Origin: a virus
Length of the DNA stretch: 64,000 bases
IMG/VR virus record: IMGVR_UViG_3300005805_000056
Coordinates: 1 to 64,000 of that record
Direction: 5' to 3' (one strand)
The position numbers and the translations under genes were made by a program. The notes below the pieces were generated by a model that was given only the letters and a program-made list of their open reading frames with translations, did no database searches and had not been told where the DNA came from. Positions within the stretch are counted from its first letter, which is position 1, and every line of letters begins with the position of its first letter. Positions 9,549 through 18,692 of this stretch are shown one piece after another.

Positions 9549-10696
9549 TGAAAAAAGCCAAAACACTAGTTGAGATGGCCATGGATCCAGGTGAGGGTGG
9601 CCATCTTATCAACCCACAGAAGCGACAGAAGATTGACACCCGTCAAACTCCACTGTCAACTAATCCAGCTTTTCCAGAGGGCGAGTATGGTGAGAAGGCC
9701 GCCACACAAGCCTATGGAAAGGTTTTGCAGGGTGTAAGTCGTTCCATGGGTCGAGATGTAAGAAGTCTCAGACCACACGAGATTATGAACACTCTTATGA
9801 ACACAGTTCAAACTGTCGTTCAAAAGGAGGAAGACTATCGATCAGAGCTTGAGGAGTTGGCCGTGGCCATTGTCCTTGATCTGCCTGAGTTCAAGGATGC
9901 TCGTGAGGCCTACATCGACGGCAAGTTGAGAATCAATGCTCGACTCATGCCTGAGATGCCTGAGGAGATGAATGCCCAGAACATGGACAACATCGATCCA
10001 GAGGAGCCTAGTGATGAGGAGATCTCTGACTTGGGCTTAGATGTGCCTGAGATCAAAGCCCAGTTTGATCAAGAGGTCAACAAGCGTAAGTTCATCAACT
10101 TTCTAATTCAGGGAGCTGCGGTCAACAAGACGCATGCTTACCACCTTGCGGCCGAAAGACTGAATGAGATAGACCCGGATCTCATTAAGCTGTATGGCAA
10201 GATGACAGCTTTGGGTGATCTGTCATACTGGATGAAACCAGAGGATGTTTTTGGTGGAAAGCACGGTGGCCAAGAGTCCATTGAGGTGGAACAAGACGAC
10301 GATGGTGAAGATGTCTATACCATCAATGCCACCGCAATAAACTTCCCATTGCTCATTCATGAGCTTGCCAAGGGACTCTATGAGGTGGTGTTTCACAACG
10401 TCATTGAGGACCCAAGTGTTAGAGCCAGAGTCTACAAAGACGCTGACACTCTGAGCCAAGAGGAGTGGGGCATCATGAAGGGCCCAGCAGTCTGGATGCA
10501 CTTCAATCACATGGTCAACAAGATTGATGCGGCTGAATACATCCCACGCATTCTCAACCACATCACTTCACTTTCGGCTGATGAGTTTGCTGGCGTCGTA
10601 CGTAGTATTTTCAGTGAGACACCCGAAGGTCTACAGTATCTCAAAAACCTAGTGGACGAGATCAAGGCTGAAGACGAATCACAAAACGAGGAGTAG
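9548..10696 (+). CDS. Acidic hypothetical protein
   Basis: TAATG overlap with previous stop; MKKAKTLVE-M leader; FPLLIHELAKGLYE motif. Confidence 0.7.
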   Translation: MKKAKTLVEMAMDPGEGGHLINPQKRQKIDTRQTPLSTNPAFPEGEYGEKAATQAYGKVLQGVSRSMGRDVRSLRPHEIMNTLMNTVQTVVQKEEDYRSELEELAVAIVLDLPEFKDAREAYIDGKLRINARLMPEMPEEMNAQNMDNIDPEEPSDEEISDLGLDVPEIKAQFDQEVNKRKFINFLIQGAAVNKTHAYHLAAERLNEIDPDLIKLYGKMTALGDLSYWMKPEDVFGGKHGGQESIEVEQDDDGEDVYTINATAINFPLLIHELAKGLYEVVFHNVIEDPSVRARVYKDADTLSQEEWGIMKGPAVWMHFNHMVNKIDAAEYIPRILNHITSLSADEFAGVVRSIFSETPEGLQYLKNLVDEIKAEDESQNEE

Positions 10697-10698
10697 AT

Positions 10699-11097
10699 AT
10701 GAGCACTGAAGAAAAAGCGATCAGGGTTATTGAAAAACTCTTAGATGAACATGTGGTTACTGAGAATGAAGAAATCACTGTTATTGGATTAGTGAACGAT
10801 GATGATACTGGGTACTTTCAGGATATTGAAGGTGAGGAGGACATGCTTCAGAAAATTTTGAAAGGTGGTGTTCTCTCTTCAGGAAATTACGTCTACTACC
10901 CTGGATATGATGGAGCCACTGGCAACCAAGACAACGGTATTGCTATCTACTCCAGTGCTCCACTGGAGCCATTCGATGACTTCTACGGAAATCCAGCCAA
11001 ATATCCAGTTATCGCCAAAATCAGTAAAGCCCTTGAAGCCGCTGGTTATGATAACCTTGACGGATTTGGTGCTGGAAAACTAATGGCAAAAAACTGA
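10699..11097 (+). CDS. Acidic hypothetical protein
   Basis: 132 aa; AIRVIEKLLDE leader. Confidence 0.65.
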   Translation: MSTEEKAIRVIEKLLDEHVVTENEEITVIGLVNDDDTGYFQDIEGEEDMLQKILKGGVLSSGNYVYYPGYDGATGNQDNGIAIYSSAPLEPFDDFYGNPAKYPVIAKISKALEAAGYDNLDGFGAGKLMAKN

Positions 11098-11101
11098 CAG
11101 T

Positions 11102-11189
11102 TGGCGGAGAGGGAGGGATTCGAACCCCCGGTGGAATTACCCACTGCGGTTTTCAAGACCGCTGCATTAAACCACTCTGCCACCTCTCC
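11102..11189 (-). tRNA. tRNA-Ser (anticodon UGA) with encoded CCA
   Basis: Reverse complement GGAGAGGTGGCAGAGTGGTTTAATGCAGCGGTCTTGAAAACCGC...GGTTCGAATCCCTCCCTCTCCGCCA: 7-bp acceptor stem, CT-TGA-AA loop, long variable arm, TTCGAAT T-loop, G discriminator. Confidence 0.95.
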
Positions 11190-11195
11190 ACTAAC

Positions 11196-11555
11196 TTACT
11201 TCGACTCGATGCTACACTCCCTCTTGCATGAGGGACACTCTTTTATCAAGAATGTCTGATCATCGTGTGACTCGCTACGAATGATTTGGGCTCTAGCTAA
11301 GTCCTCACCACAGAATTCACAGGAAGGCGCCGTTGGTCCTTGAGATCGACGGCGCCTTCTTGGTTTGTCCTCGGCCATTTCATAGGCTGGGACCAAGGAG
11401 AGAGTTGGCTGGTTTGAAGGCACAGCGACTGGGTTCTGAGGCGGACCCTTGAAGATGTCTTTGATCACGCGGACCGTTGCGGCCACAATCACGGCCAGAC
11501 CACAGGACACCACGCCAAAGGTGCAGACCAGAGAGATAATTTCGATTTTGTCCAC
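11196..11555 (-). CDS. Membrane-anchored zinc-ribbon protein
   Basis: N-terminal hydrophobic helix; CEFC...CPSC; ends just upstream of the tRNA. Confidence 0.6.
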   Translation of the reverse strand: MDKIEIISLVCTFGVVSCGLAVIVAATVRVIKDIFKGPPQNPVAVPSNQPTLSLVPAYEMAEDKPRRRRRSQGPTAPSCEFCGEDLARAQIIRSESHDDQTFLIKECPSCKRECSIESK

Positions 11556-11562
11556 TTTTTTG

Positions 11563-11592
11563 TTTACAAATTTTAAGGTCCTGAGGTATACT
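11563..11592 (+). promoter_or_regulatory. Sigma70-type (early) promoter TTTACA-N18-TATACT
   Basis: TTTACA 11563-11568, TATACT 11587-11592; ATG 7 nt later; same architecture at three other loci. Confidence 0.75.
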
Positions 11593-11599
11593 CACCCTC

Positions 11600-11767
11600 A
11601 TGTCAGCTACTCTTCAAGAACAAACTTTATCCGCCACGCTTCTCGACAAGGAATTTCCCATGGGCGATGATGACCAGACTGTCATCGACCTGATGGACGA
11701 CATGCCTCTGATTGAGGCGATGCAGCACGAAGTTCTTATGAGAAACATTAACGGATTCTACGCATGA
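11600..11767 (+). CDS. Small acidic hypothetical protein (55 aa)
   Basis: Below ORF-track cutoff; MSATLQEQTLSATLLDKEFPMGDDDQTVIDLMDDMPLIEAMQHEVLMRNINGFYA*; stop overlaps ligase ATG (ATGA). Confidence 0.7.
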   Translation: MSATLQEQTLSATLLDKEFPMGDDDQTVIDLMDDMPLIEAMQHEVLMRNINGFYA

Positions 11768-13752
11768 GCGCTCAACGACTCCACCAGCTCCGTAGCGAGC
11801 TTCACCAGCATATCCACAACTACCATGTGCTTGCTCAGCCGACTATCACTGACGAGCACTACGACCATCTTTTCAAGGAGCTTCAGACTCTTGAGGCCCA
11901 GTTCCCTGAGTTGGCAGATCCCAACTCACCGACCGCTCGTGTGGGCAGCCAGTCGATCGACAGCTTCGAGAAGGTCAAGCACTGTGTAGCCATGCTCTCA
12001 CTCGAAAACACATTCTCGGCTGAGGAAGTGGTCAGCTACTTCAAAGGCAAAGTACGTGATCAAGCCAATCCCATGGGTGTGGTTGAGCCAAAGATCGACG
12101 GTCTTTCGATGTCCTTGATCTACAAGGACGGTCAGCTCGTAAAAGCCATCACACGCGGTGACGGTACTGTGGGTGACGATGTCACGGCCAATGCTCGCAC
12201 GATCAAATCCATTCCTCTCACTCCCCAGTTTAGTGGCGAGGTTCGTGGTGAGGTCTACATGCCTAAGAAACAGTTTGAACGACTCAATGCTAAGCTGAAG
12301 AAGGAGGGCGACGAGCTGTTTGCCAACCCTCGCAATGCGGCTGCTGGATCGATGAAGCGAAAGAACCCAGCGGATGTGGCTGAACGTGGTCTGGCTTTCT
12401 TGGCTTACCACATCGTAAAGTCTGACTATTTGGGCACAGCTGATGCAGCAAGCCAGCACGAACGTTTGAAGCAGTTGCAGGCTCTGGGCTTCAGGACTCC
12501 TCTAGAAAGTGGAGTTCCCGTCGTCAATCTTTTTGATCTTGACCAAGTCAAATCCGCTATCGAGGGTTGGTCTATTGGACGAAGCACATTGGACCACGAG
12601 ATCGATGGGTTGGTTTTCAAAATTAACGACATCAAGACACAGGTCGCCCTGGGCCTCAACAACCGTGCTCCAAACTGGGCCACATCCTACAAGTTCCAAC
12701 CTGAGCGTAAGGTCACCAAGCTCCTTGGCATCACAGTTCAAGTTGGTCGACTAGGCACCTTGACTCCAGTGGCTGAGTTGCAACCTGTCAATCTGGCTGG
12801 CACAGTTGTCAAGCGAGCCAGTCTTCACAATGCTGATGAGATCCAACGGTTGGGCATCAACATTGGCGATGAAGTCATCATTCAGAAGGCCGCCGAGATC
12901 ATTCCACAGGTTGTGGGCGTGGCAAATAAGCTAAGCCGAGGGGTGTGGTCTATGCCAGACAGGTGTCCATGCTGCAACTCAGCCGTCGATCGTCTCGCCA
13001 ACAAGGTGGCCATTGTCTGCACTGCTCGTATGTGCAAGGACCAAGTGTTTGCTCGTCTCGAGCATGCAGTCAAAAAGCAGTCATTGGACATTGATGGTTG
13101 TGGTGAGCAGAGCATCAAGGCCATGGTTGATCGAGGCATCAACAGTCTCTCAGACTTGTTTGCAGCTGATGATCTTTCTTTTCTGGGTGTTGCAGCGTCC
13201 AAGCGTGTTGCTGCTGGTTTGAAGAAGGCCAAGACTGCACCCCTCTGGCGTAAGCTTCATGCCCTTGGAATTGATGGCATTGGAGTCACCACTTGCAAAG
13301 AGCTGGCCAACCGGTGGAATTCACTGCCAGACATGCTTGATAATTTGGATGAAGTTTCGAAACTGTTGGGCCCTGTGACGTTCTCTAACTTTCGCAATTA
13401 CTTTGAACACAGTGACGATAACATTGCTGAGCTTGAGAAACTCATTAGCCTTGGTTTTGTCTTTGAAGATGAGAAGAAGTCTGGACCTCTGGTTGGTAAA
13501 GTCTTCTGTATCACTGGCGGGATGTTGAGTGGTTCTCGTGATGAAGTGTCAGCCAAGATTGAATCCCTTGGTGGGTCAGTCAAGTCCTCAGTTAGCAAGA
13601 AGGTCCACTACCTGGTGGTGGGTGACGGTGCTGGCAATAACAAGTCGGCTGATGCTAGAAAGAATGGCACACAGTGCATCAGTGAGAAAGAGCTCTACGA
13701 CATTATGGGACTTCCAATGGAGATTAAGATGTCTGACAACTTCGAAGAATAG
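11764..13752 (+). CDS. ligA: NAD-dependent DNA ligase
   Basis: MLSLEN, EPKIDG adenylation motif, TRGDGTVGDDVT, EVRGE, NPRNAAAGS, Cys4 Zn finger, C-terminal BRCT (VFCITG...SVSKKVHYLVVG). Confidence 0.97.
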   Translation: MSAQRLHQLRSELHQHIHNYHVLAQPTITDEHYDHLFKELQTLEAQFPELADPNSPTARVGSQSIDSFEKVKHCVAMLSLENTFSAEEVVSYFKGKVRDQANPMGVVEPKIDGLSMSLIYKDGQLVKAITRGDGTVGDDVTANARTIKSIPLTPQFSGEVRGEVYMPKKQFERLNAKLKKEGDELFANPRNAAAGSMKRKNPADVAERGLAFLAYHIVKSDYLGTADAASQHERLKQLQALGFRTPLESGVPVVNLFDLDQVKSAIEGWSIGRSTLDHEIDGLVFKINDIKTQVALGLNNRAPNWATSYKFQPERKVTKLLGITVQVGRLGTLTPVAELQPVNLAGTVVKRASLHNADEIQRLGINIGDEVIIQKAAEIIPQVVGVANKLSRGVWSMPDRCPCCNSAVDRLANKVAIVCTARMCKDQVFARLEHAVKKQSLDIDGCGEQSIKAMVDRGINSLSDLFAADDLSFLGVAASKRVAAGLKKAKTAPLWRKLHALGIDGIGVTTCKELANRWNSLPDMLDNLDEVSKLLGPVTFSNFRNYFEHSDDNIAELEKLISLGFVFEDEKKSGPLVGKVFCITGGMLSGSRDEVSAKIESLGGSVKSSVSKKVHYLVVGDGAGNNKSADARKNGTQCISEKELYDIMGLPMEIKMSDNFEE

Positions 13753-13756
13753 TTCT
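13752..13756 (+). promoter_or_regulatory. Putative middle promoter GTTCT
   Basis: G is 12 nt upstream of ATG 13764; same spacing at several other genes. Confidence 0.55.
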
Positions 13757-13763
13757 GTCCTGC

Positions 13764-14348
13764 ATGACAGTTATGGGAATAGACGCCGGTTATGGCCGAC
13801 CAGGCCTAAGCGTTGTCAAATTTACTGGTGATAAGTGGGATCATCGTCAGTCAAAACTTCTATTCTCGGGATTCTTTGAAACAGAAAGGCAATCTGACAA
13901 AAATACCAAGGTTGCTGTAGATGATGCTCGACGTATTGGTGAGAGCTGCACATGGATGCGCTCCCTTGTTCTTCAGCACTGTCCAGACTTAGTAGTTGTA
14001 GAGATGCCACTCAGTGGTGCAAAGAGCGCCCTGGCTATCAAAGGGATGGCTATGGCTGCAGGTTACACTGTGGCTTTGCTAACTCTAATGCAGGCTGATC
14101 TTCAGTTCAAAGTCTTGTATTATTCCCCATATGATACTAAGCGTATTTGTACTGGTAACCACCATGCGGAGAAGGAAGAGATGGTAAAAGCTGCTATGGA
14201 TGCTTGGCCAGATGTTAACTTTCCCATAAAGAAAACCCGTAAAAACGGTGTATTTAGTATACATCCAGGCCGCTCTGAGGCCATGGCAGACTCTCTTTGC
14301 GCAATTTTGACACATGTTCGTTTGAATCTCGGAAAATCTATTCTTTAG
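13764..14348 (+). CDS. ruvC: RuvC-like Holliday junction resolvase
   Basis: VMGIDAG, PDLVVVE, YSPYDTKRICTGNHHAEKEEM, ADSLCA acidic tetrad pattern. Confidence 0.85.
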   Translation: MTVMGIDAGYGRPGLSVVKFTGDKWDHRQSKLLFSGFFETERQSDKNTKVAVDDARRIGESCTWMRSLVLQHCPDLVVVEMPLSGAKSALAIKGMAMAAGYTVALLTLMQADLQFKVLYYSPYDTKRICTGNHHAEKEEMVKAAMDAWPDVNFPIKKTRKNGVFSIHPGRSEAMADSLCAILTHVRLNLGKSIL

Positions 14349-14351
14349 TCT

Positions 14352-15182
14352 ATGTCTGACACTACAAACATTGGTGGGTACTTTAACGGCAACACCTTCC
14401 CAATACAGATCAATATATCTGCTATTGGCCAGACCTACACCTTAGCTCCAGGTGAGTTCATCACAGCGTTAAACACCTCTGGCCAAAAGGTTCGCATCAA
14501 TGATCCTTTGTTTGATGCGTATGTTGGCAAGAACCGTCTTTCAAAAGAGGTGTTGAAAGATAAGCAGGTTCATATTTATAGGGTTATGTCACGTGATGAA
14601 CGTGGCCAGGTGCCTGTTATCCAGACGGCTCCAATCAAGAATGCTGGTGACGGCAAACTTGTTACTCCCACCCTGGCACCACCATCGCCTGCCACTGGGC
14701 CTAACTCACCCATCAAGGGGATGACCATCCAAGAGGCCATCAGCCTTGGACTGATTCCTAAGCCGAGGATCTCCACGGAGAAGTCTGGTGTTATTGAAAC
14801 AGAGGGCGCACCATTCAGAGGTGAGTCTATACCTGAGATCCAATATGATGACGCCGATGTTAAGAATTACAAGCCCAAATCCAAACTGGACAACTCTCTG
14901 TTGAATGAGAAAGTGACTCTTGACACTGCTGGCCAGAAAGCCTCGATACCTCTCCCTCCTCCGCCTACCTCCATCCCAACGCCAAATGTGCCGGACATTG
15001 TGATGCCAACATTGGAGGATGCTAAAGAGCAGCTTGAGTCTAAAGAAGCCACTGTCTTTGTGTGTGATTTGGAGAATCCACCAAAAAATTTCCAGTTCCG
15101 TTCTCAGCTTGAAAGCTACCTTCGAAAGAAGTATCCTACTCAGGTTGATAGCTACATGGCTCGCTATCCAAAGAAAAAGTGA
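14352..15182 (+). CDS. Hypothetical protein, Pro-rich
   Basis: 276-aa ORF; ATTCT variant motif 12 nt upstream. Confidence 0.65.
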   Translation: MSDTTNIGGYFNGNTFPIQINISAIGQTYTLAPGEFITALNTSGQKVRINDPLFDAYVGKNRLSKEVLKDKQVHIYRVMSRDERGQVPVIQTAPIKNAGDGKLVTPTLAPPSPATGPNSPIKGMTIQEAISLGLIPKPRISTEKSGVIETEGAPFRGESIPEIQYDDADVKNYKPKSKLDNSLLNEKVTLDTAGQKASIPLPPPPTSIPTPNVPDIVMPTLEDAKEQLESKEATVFVCDLENPPKNFQFRSQLESYLRKKYPTQVDSYMARYPKKK

Positions 15183-15189
15183 TGGCTGT

Positions 15190-15196
15190 GTAGTTA
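15190..15196 (+). promoter_or_regulatory. Putative late promoter GTAGTTA
   Basis: Starts 11 nt upstream of GTG of the neck gene. Confidence 0.6.
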
Positions 15197-15200
15197 GTTT

Positions 15201-15947
15201 GTGCCGAACCCTGAAGTTCCATTGGCCGTCGGTCCAACTCTACCTCTCTATGGGTACAGTGCCGACCAGTTGAAAGATTGGATTTTCCGTCAATTGGGAT
15301 CTCCAATCTTTAACGTTGAGCTGCATGAGCAGCACGTCTATGACAGCATTCAAGAGGGTCTCAACAACATTTCCTTGTGGAGGCCCAGAATCAGATATGG
15401 TGCCATACGGCTTTTAGCTAACAAGACGATCTACTTGCAGGGTGTAGACGTTGGTGCTCAAGGAATTGTCAATGTTGATTTCGTTGACAATGTTCCAAGT
15501 CCAACTGAAATTTTCTACGGTAACCTTATATCACCAGCTCCTCTTATTCGTACCGGCCTTGATGAGTACGATAACTTTCTAAGATGGAGAAAAACATGGC
15601 AGCGCGTCACCTCTGTGATGCCTGATTGGATGTATGACGTGTTCACAAAAACGCTATACATCCACAACCCAATTGAGCGTTACCATGCCGGTGTTACTGC
15701 TTTTGAGAATTTCAATCGTACGCAAGATCTTCCTCCGTACGAGGCCAAGTGGGTGCGTGATTTCTCTTTGGCACGGTCACGGTATCTCTACGGCGACATC
15801 CTCAACAAATTCAGTGGCGCCATCCCAGGTCCAGTCAAGGACCTGACATTGGACATCAACAAGCGAGCTGATGGCGAGAAGCAAATGAACGAGCTACTTC
15901 AGACTCTTAAGAATTCTCAGTATCTTACAGCCATCTCGACAGACTAA
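15201..15947 (+). CDS. Neck/head-completion protein, T4 gp13-like
   Basis: LKDWIFRQLGSPIFNVELHEQHVYDSIQEGL and WVRDFSLARSRYLYGDILNKFSG-IPGP match gp13 N- and C-terminal motifs. Confidence 0.85.
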   Translation: MPNPEVPLAVGPTLPLYGYSADQLKDWIFRQLGSPIFNVELHEQHVYDSIQEGLNNISLWRPRIRYGAIRLLANKTIYLQGVDVGAQGIVNVDFVDNVPSPTEIFYGNLISPAPLIRTGLDEYDNFLRWRKTWQRVTSVMPDWMYDVFTKTLYIHNPIERYHAGVTAFENFNRTQDLPPYEAKWVRDFSLARSRYLYGDILNKFSGAIPGPVKDLTLDINKRADGEKQMNELLQTLKNSQYLTAISTD

Positions 15948-15999
15948 AAAGCGCATTTCGCTGCGTCTGGCACGCTCTAGAAATTTTTTCAAAAGATTG

Positions 16000-16029
16000 T
16001 TTACATTCGTCCCAGCCAGGAGGTATACT
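16000..16029 (+). promoter_or_regulatory. Sigma70-type (early) promoter TTTACA-N18-TATACT with AT-rich upstream tract
   Basis: TTTACA 16000-16005, TATACT 16024-16029, ATG 16038. Confidence 0.75.
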
Positions 16030-16037
16030 CACCCCTG

Positions 16038-17993
16038 ATGACTGCGACGACTATGACAATCAACATCCTCAACCTCCTGCCTTGGAGCCAGCCTCGACTG
16101 GTCGACACCAGCCGCGGTTTGCGCCAGGTTCGCAACGCCATTCCTGACCGTAACTTCTGGGATCTCTGGAAGACGAACAAGGAGAAACTCAAAAATCACG
16201 GCGTTAGCATCAAAAAGGTCGATACCACAGGTGAGTGGACAGCTTGCCTCTGGACTGATCCTTCTCCAGAGTACATCGAGAAGCTGGCTGCTAGCCAAGC
16301 TGAAGACGCCAACATCACCGTACCTGCTCCTGAGGGCTTCGACTACCTTGGCTACCAGCGAGCCGGTATCTTGTATGCCCACACTGACAGCTCGCTGACC
16401 ACGCTGAAACGGGGCGTTCTTATCGGCGACGAAATGGGTCTGGGCAAGACCATCGAGGCGATTGGTATCATCAACCTTCATCCAGAACTTCGCAAGGTTT
16501 TGGTGGTTGTGCCCTCCTCCCTCAAGATCAACTGGAAAAACGAGCTCACTAAGTGGCTCACTGACGACCGAACAGTTGGCGTTGCCAAAGGTTCTAAGGT
16601 TCCTGACACTGACATCGTCATCATCAACTTTGACATCCTCAAGCAGAATCATCACGCTCTTCTATCCCGTAGCTTCGATCTGATGGTCATTGATGAGGCC
16701 CACAACATCCGTAACGTTCGTACTCAACGCTACGCTTTTCTAAAGCCACTGGTTGCCAAGCACGTTGTCGCTTTGACTGGCACACCTATCTGGAACAAAA
16801 CTGATGACCTGTGGGCGTTGCTTACCCTTCTCTGCTCCCCAGAGGAACTGAATGAGAAGTGGTCAGACTGGCGCAAGTTTAAGTACTGCTCCACTAAGCC
16901 TAACCTTCAGGCCCAACTCAATCGTCGTCTCCGTGAGAATCTGATGATTCGCCGCATGAAGGCCGAAGTGCTTAAGGAGCTTCCGCCTAAGCTTCGTCAA
17001 GTTGTTGAGTTGCCTGCCACTGGTGCAGCTTACGAGGCGGTTCAGACTGAACTTGCAGCCTATGTTGCCCGTCAATCTCGTCTCATTGAGCTTCGCTCCG
17101 CTCTTCTGCTGGCCAAAGTAAATGAGGACAAGGAGGCCTATCACAAAGCTCTGGAGGCTCTTAAGTATGAGGCCCGTGTGTCTTTTGACGAGCTTTCCAA
17201 AGTTCGCCACAACACAGTGCTTGCCAAGTTGGACCACATCATCGAACATCTCAAAGATCTCCATGAGGAGAATCCTGAGCGCAAGATCATCTTCTTCGCC
17301 CACCATCGAGACGTGCTTGAGACTATCTCGAGCCACTTCGCTGGTGCTCCCATTGTTATGGGCGGTATGACGCCAGAGGCCAAACAACAGTCTGTTGATC
17401 GTTTCAACAATGACCCGAATACTTGGTTGATCTGTGGTTCGATTCGTGCCATGGGCCTTGGCTTCAACATGACCTCCTCCTCGTGGGTGGTATTTGGCGA
17501 GTTGGACTGGACGCCAGCTACTGTTACCCAGTGCGAAGACCGTACACATCGTATCGGTCAGACTGCATCCAACATCATGGTTCAGCATCTGACTCTTGAA
17601 GGTTCACTGGATGCTCGCATGGCCCAAATCATCCTGGAAAAGCAGCGAATCATGGATGGAACTGTCGGCCAGCTTGAAGCTGAGGAGCCAGCCATTATGG
17701 ATCCCAACGTTGAACTGGTCACTGTTTCTAACAAGGAGCTTGATCGCGCCCAAGGTATGCCTGAGGCGCAAATCTCCGCCATTCATACCGCTTTGCGAAT
17801 GTTGGCCGGTGTCTGCGACGGTGCCCATCAGCGAGATGACATTGGCTTCAATGGTTGTGACACTATCATTGGACACGCTTTGGCCGGTTGCCATGGCCTA
17901 ACCTCCAAGCAAGCTCTGCTTGGCAAGAAGATCCTTAAGAAATATCACCGTCAAATCCCTGGTGATATTTACGCCACTATCTTTAATTCATAA
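16038..17993 (+). CDS. SNF2-family (SMARCAL1/HARP-like) helicase
   Basis: GDEMGLGKT, DEAH, LTGTP, MIRRMK, GLGFNMT, QCEDRTHRIGQ; C-terminal CDGA..RDDIGFN domain. Confidence 0.93.
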   Translation: MTATTMTINILNLLPWSQPRLVDTSRGLRQVRNAIPDRNFWDLWKTNKEKLKNHGVSIKKVDTTGEWTACLWTDPSPEYIEKLAASQAEDANITVPAPEGFDYLGYQRAGILYAHTDSSLTTLKRGVLIGDEMGLGKTIEAIGIINLHPELRKVLVVVPSSLKINWKNELTKWLTDDRTVGVAKGSKVPDTDIVIINFDILKQNHHALLSRSFDLMVIDEAHNIRNVRTQRYAFLKPLVAKHVVALTGTPIWNKTDDLWALLTLLCSPEELNEKWSDWRKFKYCSTKPNLQAQLNRRLRENLMIRRMKAEVLKELPPKLRQVVELPATGAAYEAVQTELAAYVARQSRLIELRSALLLAKVNEDKEAYHKALEALKYEARVSFDELSKVRHNTVLAKLDHIIEHLKDLHEENPERKIIFFAHHRDVLETISSHFAGAPIVMGGMTPEAKQQSVDRFNNDPNTWLICGSIRAMGLGFNMTSSSWVVFGELDWTPATVTQCEDRTHRIGQTASNIMVQHLTLEGSLDARMAQIILEKQRIMDGTVGQLEAEEPAIMDPNVELVTVSNKELDRAQGMPEAQISAIHTALRMLAGVCDGAHQRDDIGFNGCDTIIGHALAGCHGLTSKQALLGKKILKKYHRQIPGDIYATIFNS

Positions 17994-17999
17994 TTTGCT

Positions 18000-18004
18000 G
18001 TTCT
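18000..18004 (+). promoter_or_regulatory. Putative middle promoter GTTCT
   Basis: 12 nt upstream of GTG 18012. Confidence 0.55.
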
Positions 18005-18011
18005 AAGCAGA

Positions 18012-18692
18012 GTGACTTACTCGCTCTGCTACACATCAAGGCGTCCACCAGCCATTGGACCCATGGCTGATCTATGGGTAAAAATGGCAACGGATACCTC
18101 ATGCTTTGAGATAATCATTGCAGTCGATCAAGATGACTCGGCCAGCATTGAATCTGCCTGCAAGTGCCATGAATCATTGAAATCAAAAGGCATCGTGAGT
18201 CAGGTAGTCATCCAGCCTGACATTCCAGGGACCTGTGTAAAAGGCTGGAATGCTGCAGCCAAGAAAGCCAATGGAAAAGTACTTATAGCCATATCTGACG
18301 ACTTCTACCCCATCAGAAGTTGGAACGAAAGGATCTTGGCGGTCTCTGACAAAGACTGGATCAATCGTCGTCATGTTGTGATGGTAAATGATGGCTATGT
18401 TAAAGACTTGTGTACATTGCCCATAGTCACGAAGGAACGGCACGATGAACTGGGTTATCTCTTCTATCCCGGTTACAAGTCAATGTACTGTGATACTGAG
18501 CTTACATACCATGCCATTCAAGATGGCATCATGATTAAAGCTCTTCACCTTGTTTTCAGCCACTATCACCCAGACAATAATATGCGAATGAAGGATGTAG
18601 TCGACATGAATCATTCCAATCCTGAGAGATACAAGTCTGGCCAATCTTTGTTCGAATATCGTAAGTCCACTGGTTTCCCAAAAGATCTATGA
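18012..18692 (+). CDS. Glycosyltransferase family 2 (GT-A)
   Basis: EIIIAVDQDD, GWNAAAKKANGKVLIAISDD, YCDTEL, HYH. Confidence 0.85.
   Translation: MTYSLCYTSRRPPAIGPMADLWVKMATDTSCFEIIIAVDQDDSASIESACKCHESLKSKGIVSQVVIQPDIPGTCVKGWNAAAKKANGKVLIAISDDFYPIRSWNERILAVSDKDWINRRHVVMVNDGYVKDLCTLPIVTKERHDELGYLFYPGYKSMYCDTELTYHAIQDGIMIKALHLVFSHYHPDNNMRMKDVVDMNHSNPERYKSGQSLFEYRKSTGFPKDL

Noticed and set aside
13764-14348. RuvC domain as a Cas12/TnpB-type effector
   Set aside because: Only 194 aa, with classic resolvase motifs; no array or transposon ends nearby
16029-17894. Several long antisense ORFs opposite the SNF2 helicase (and similarly opposite ligase and SSB)
   Set aside because: Shadow ORFs of well-supported sense genes
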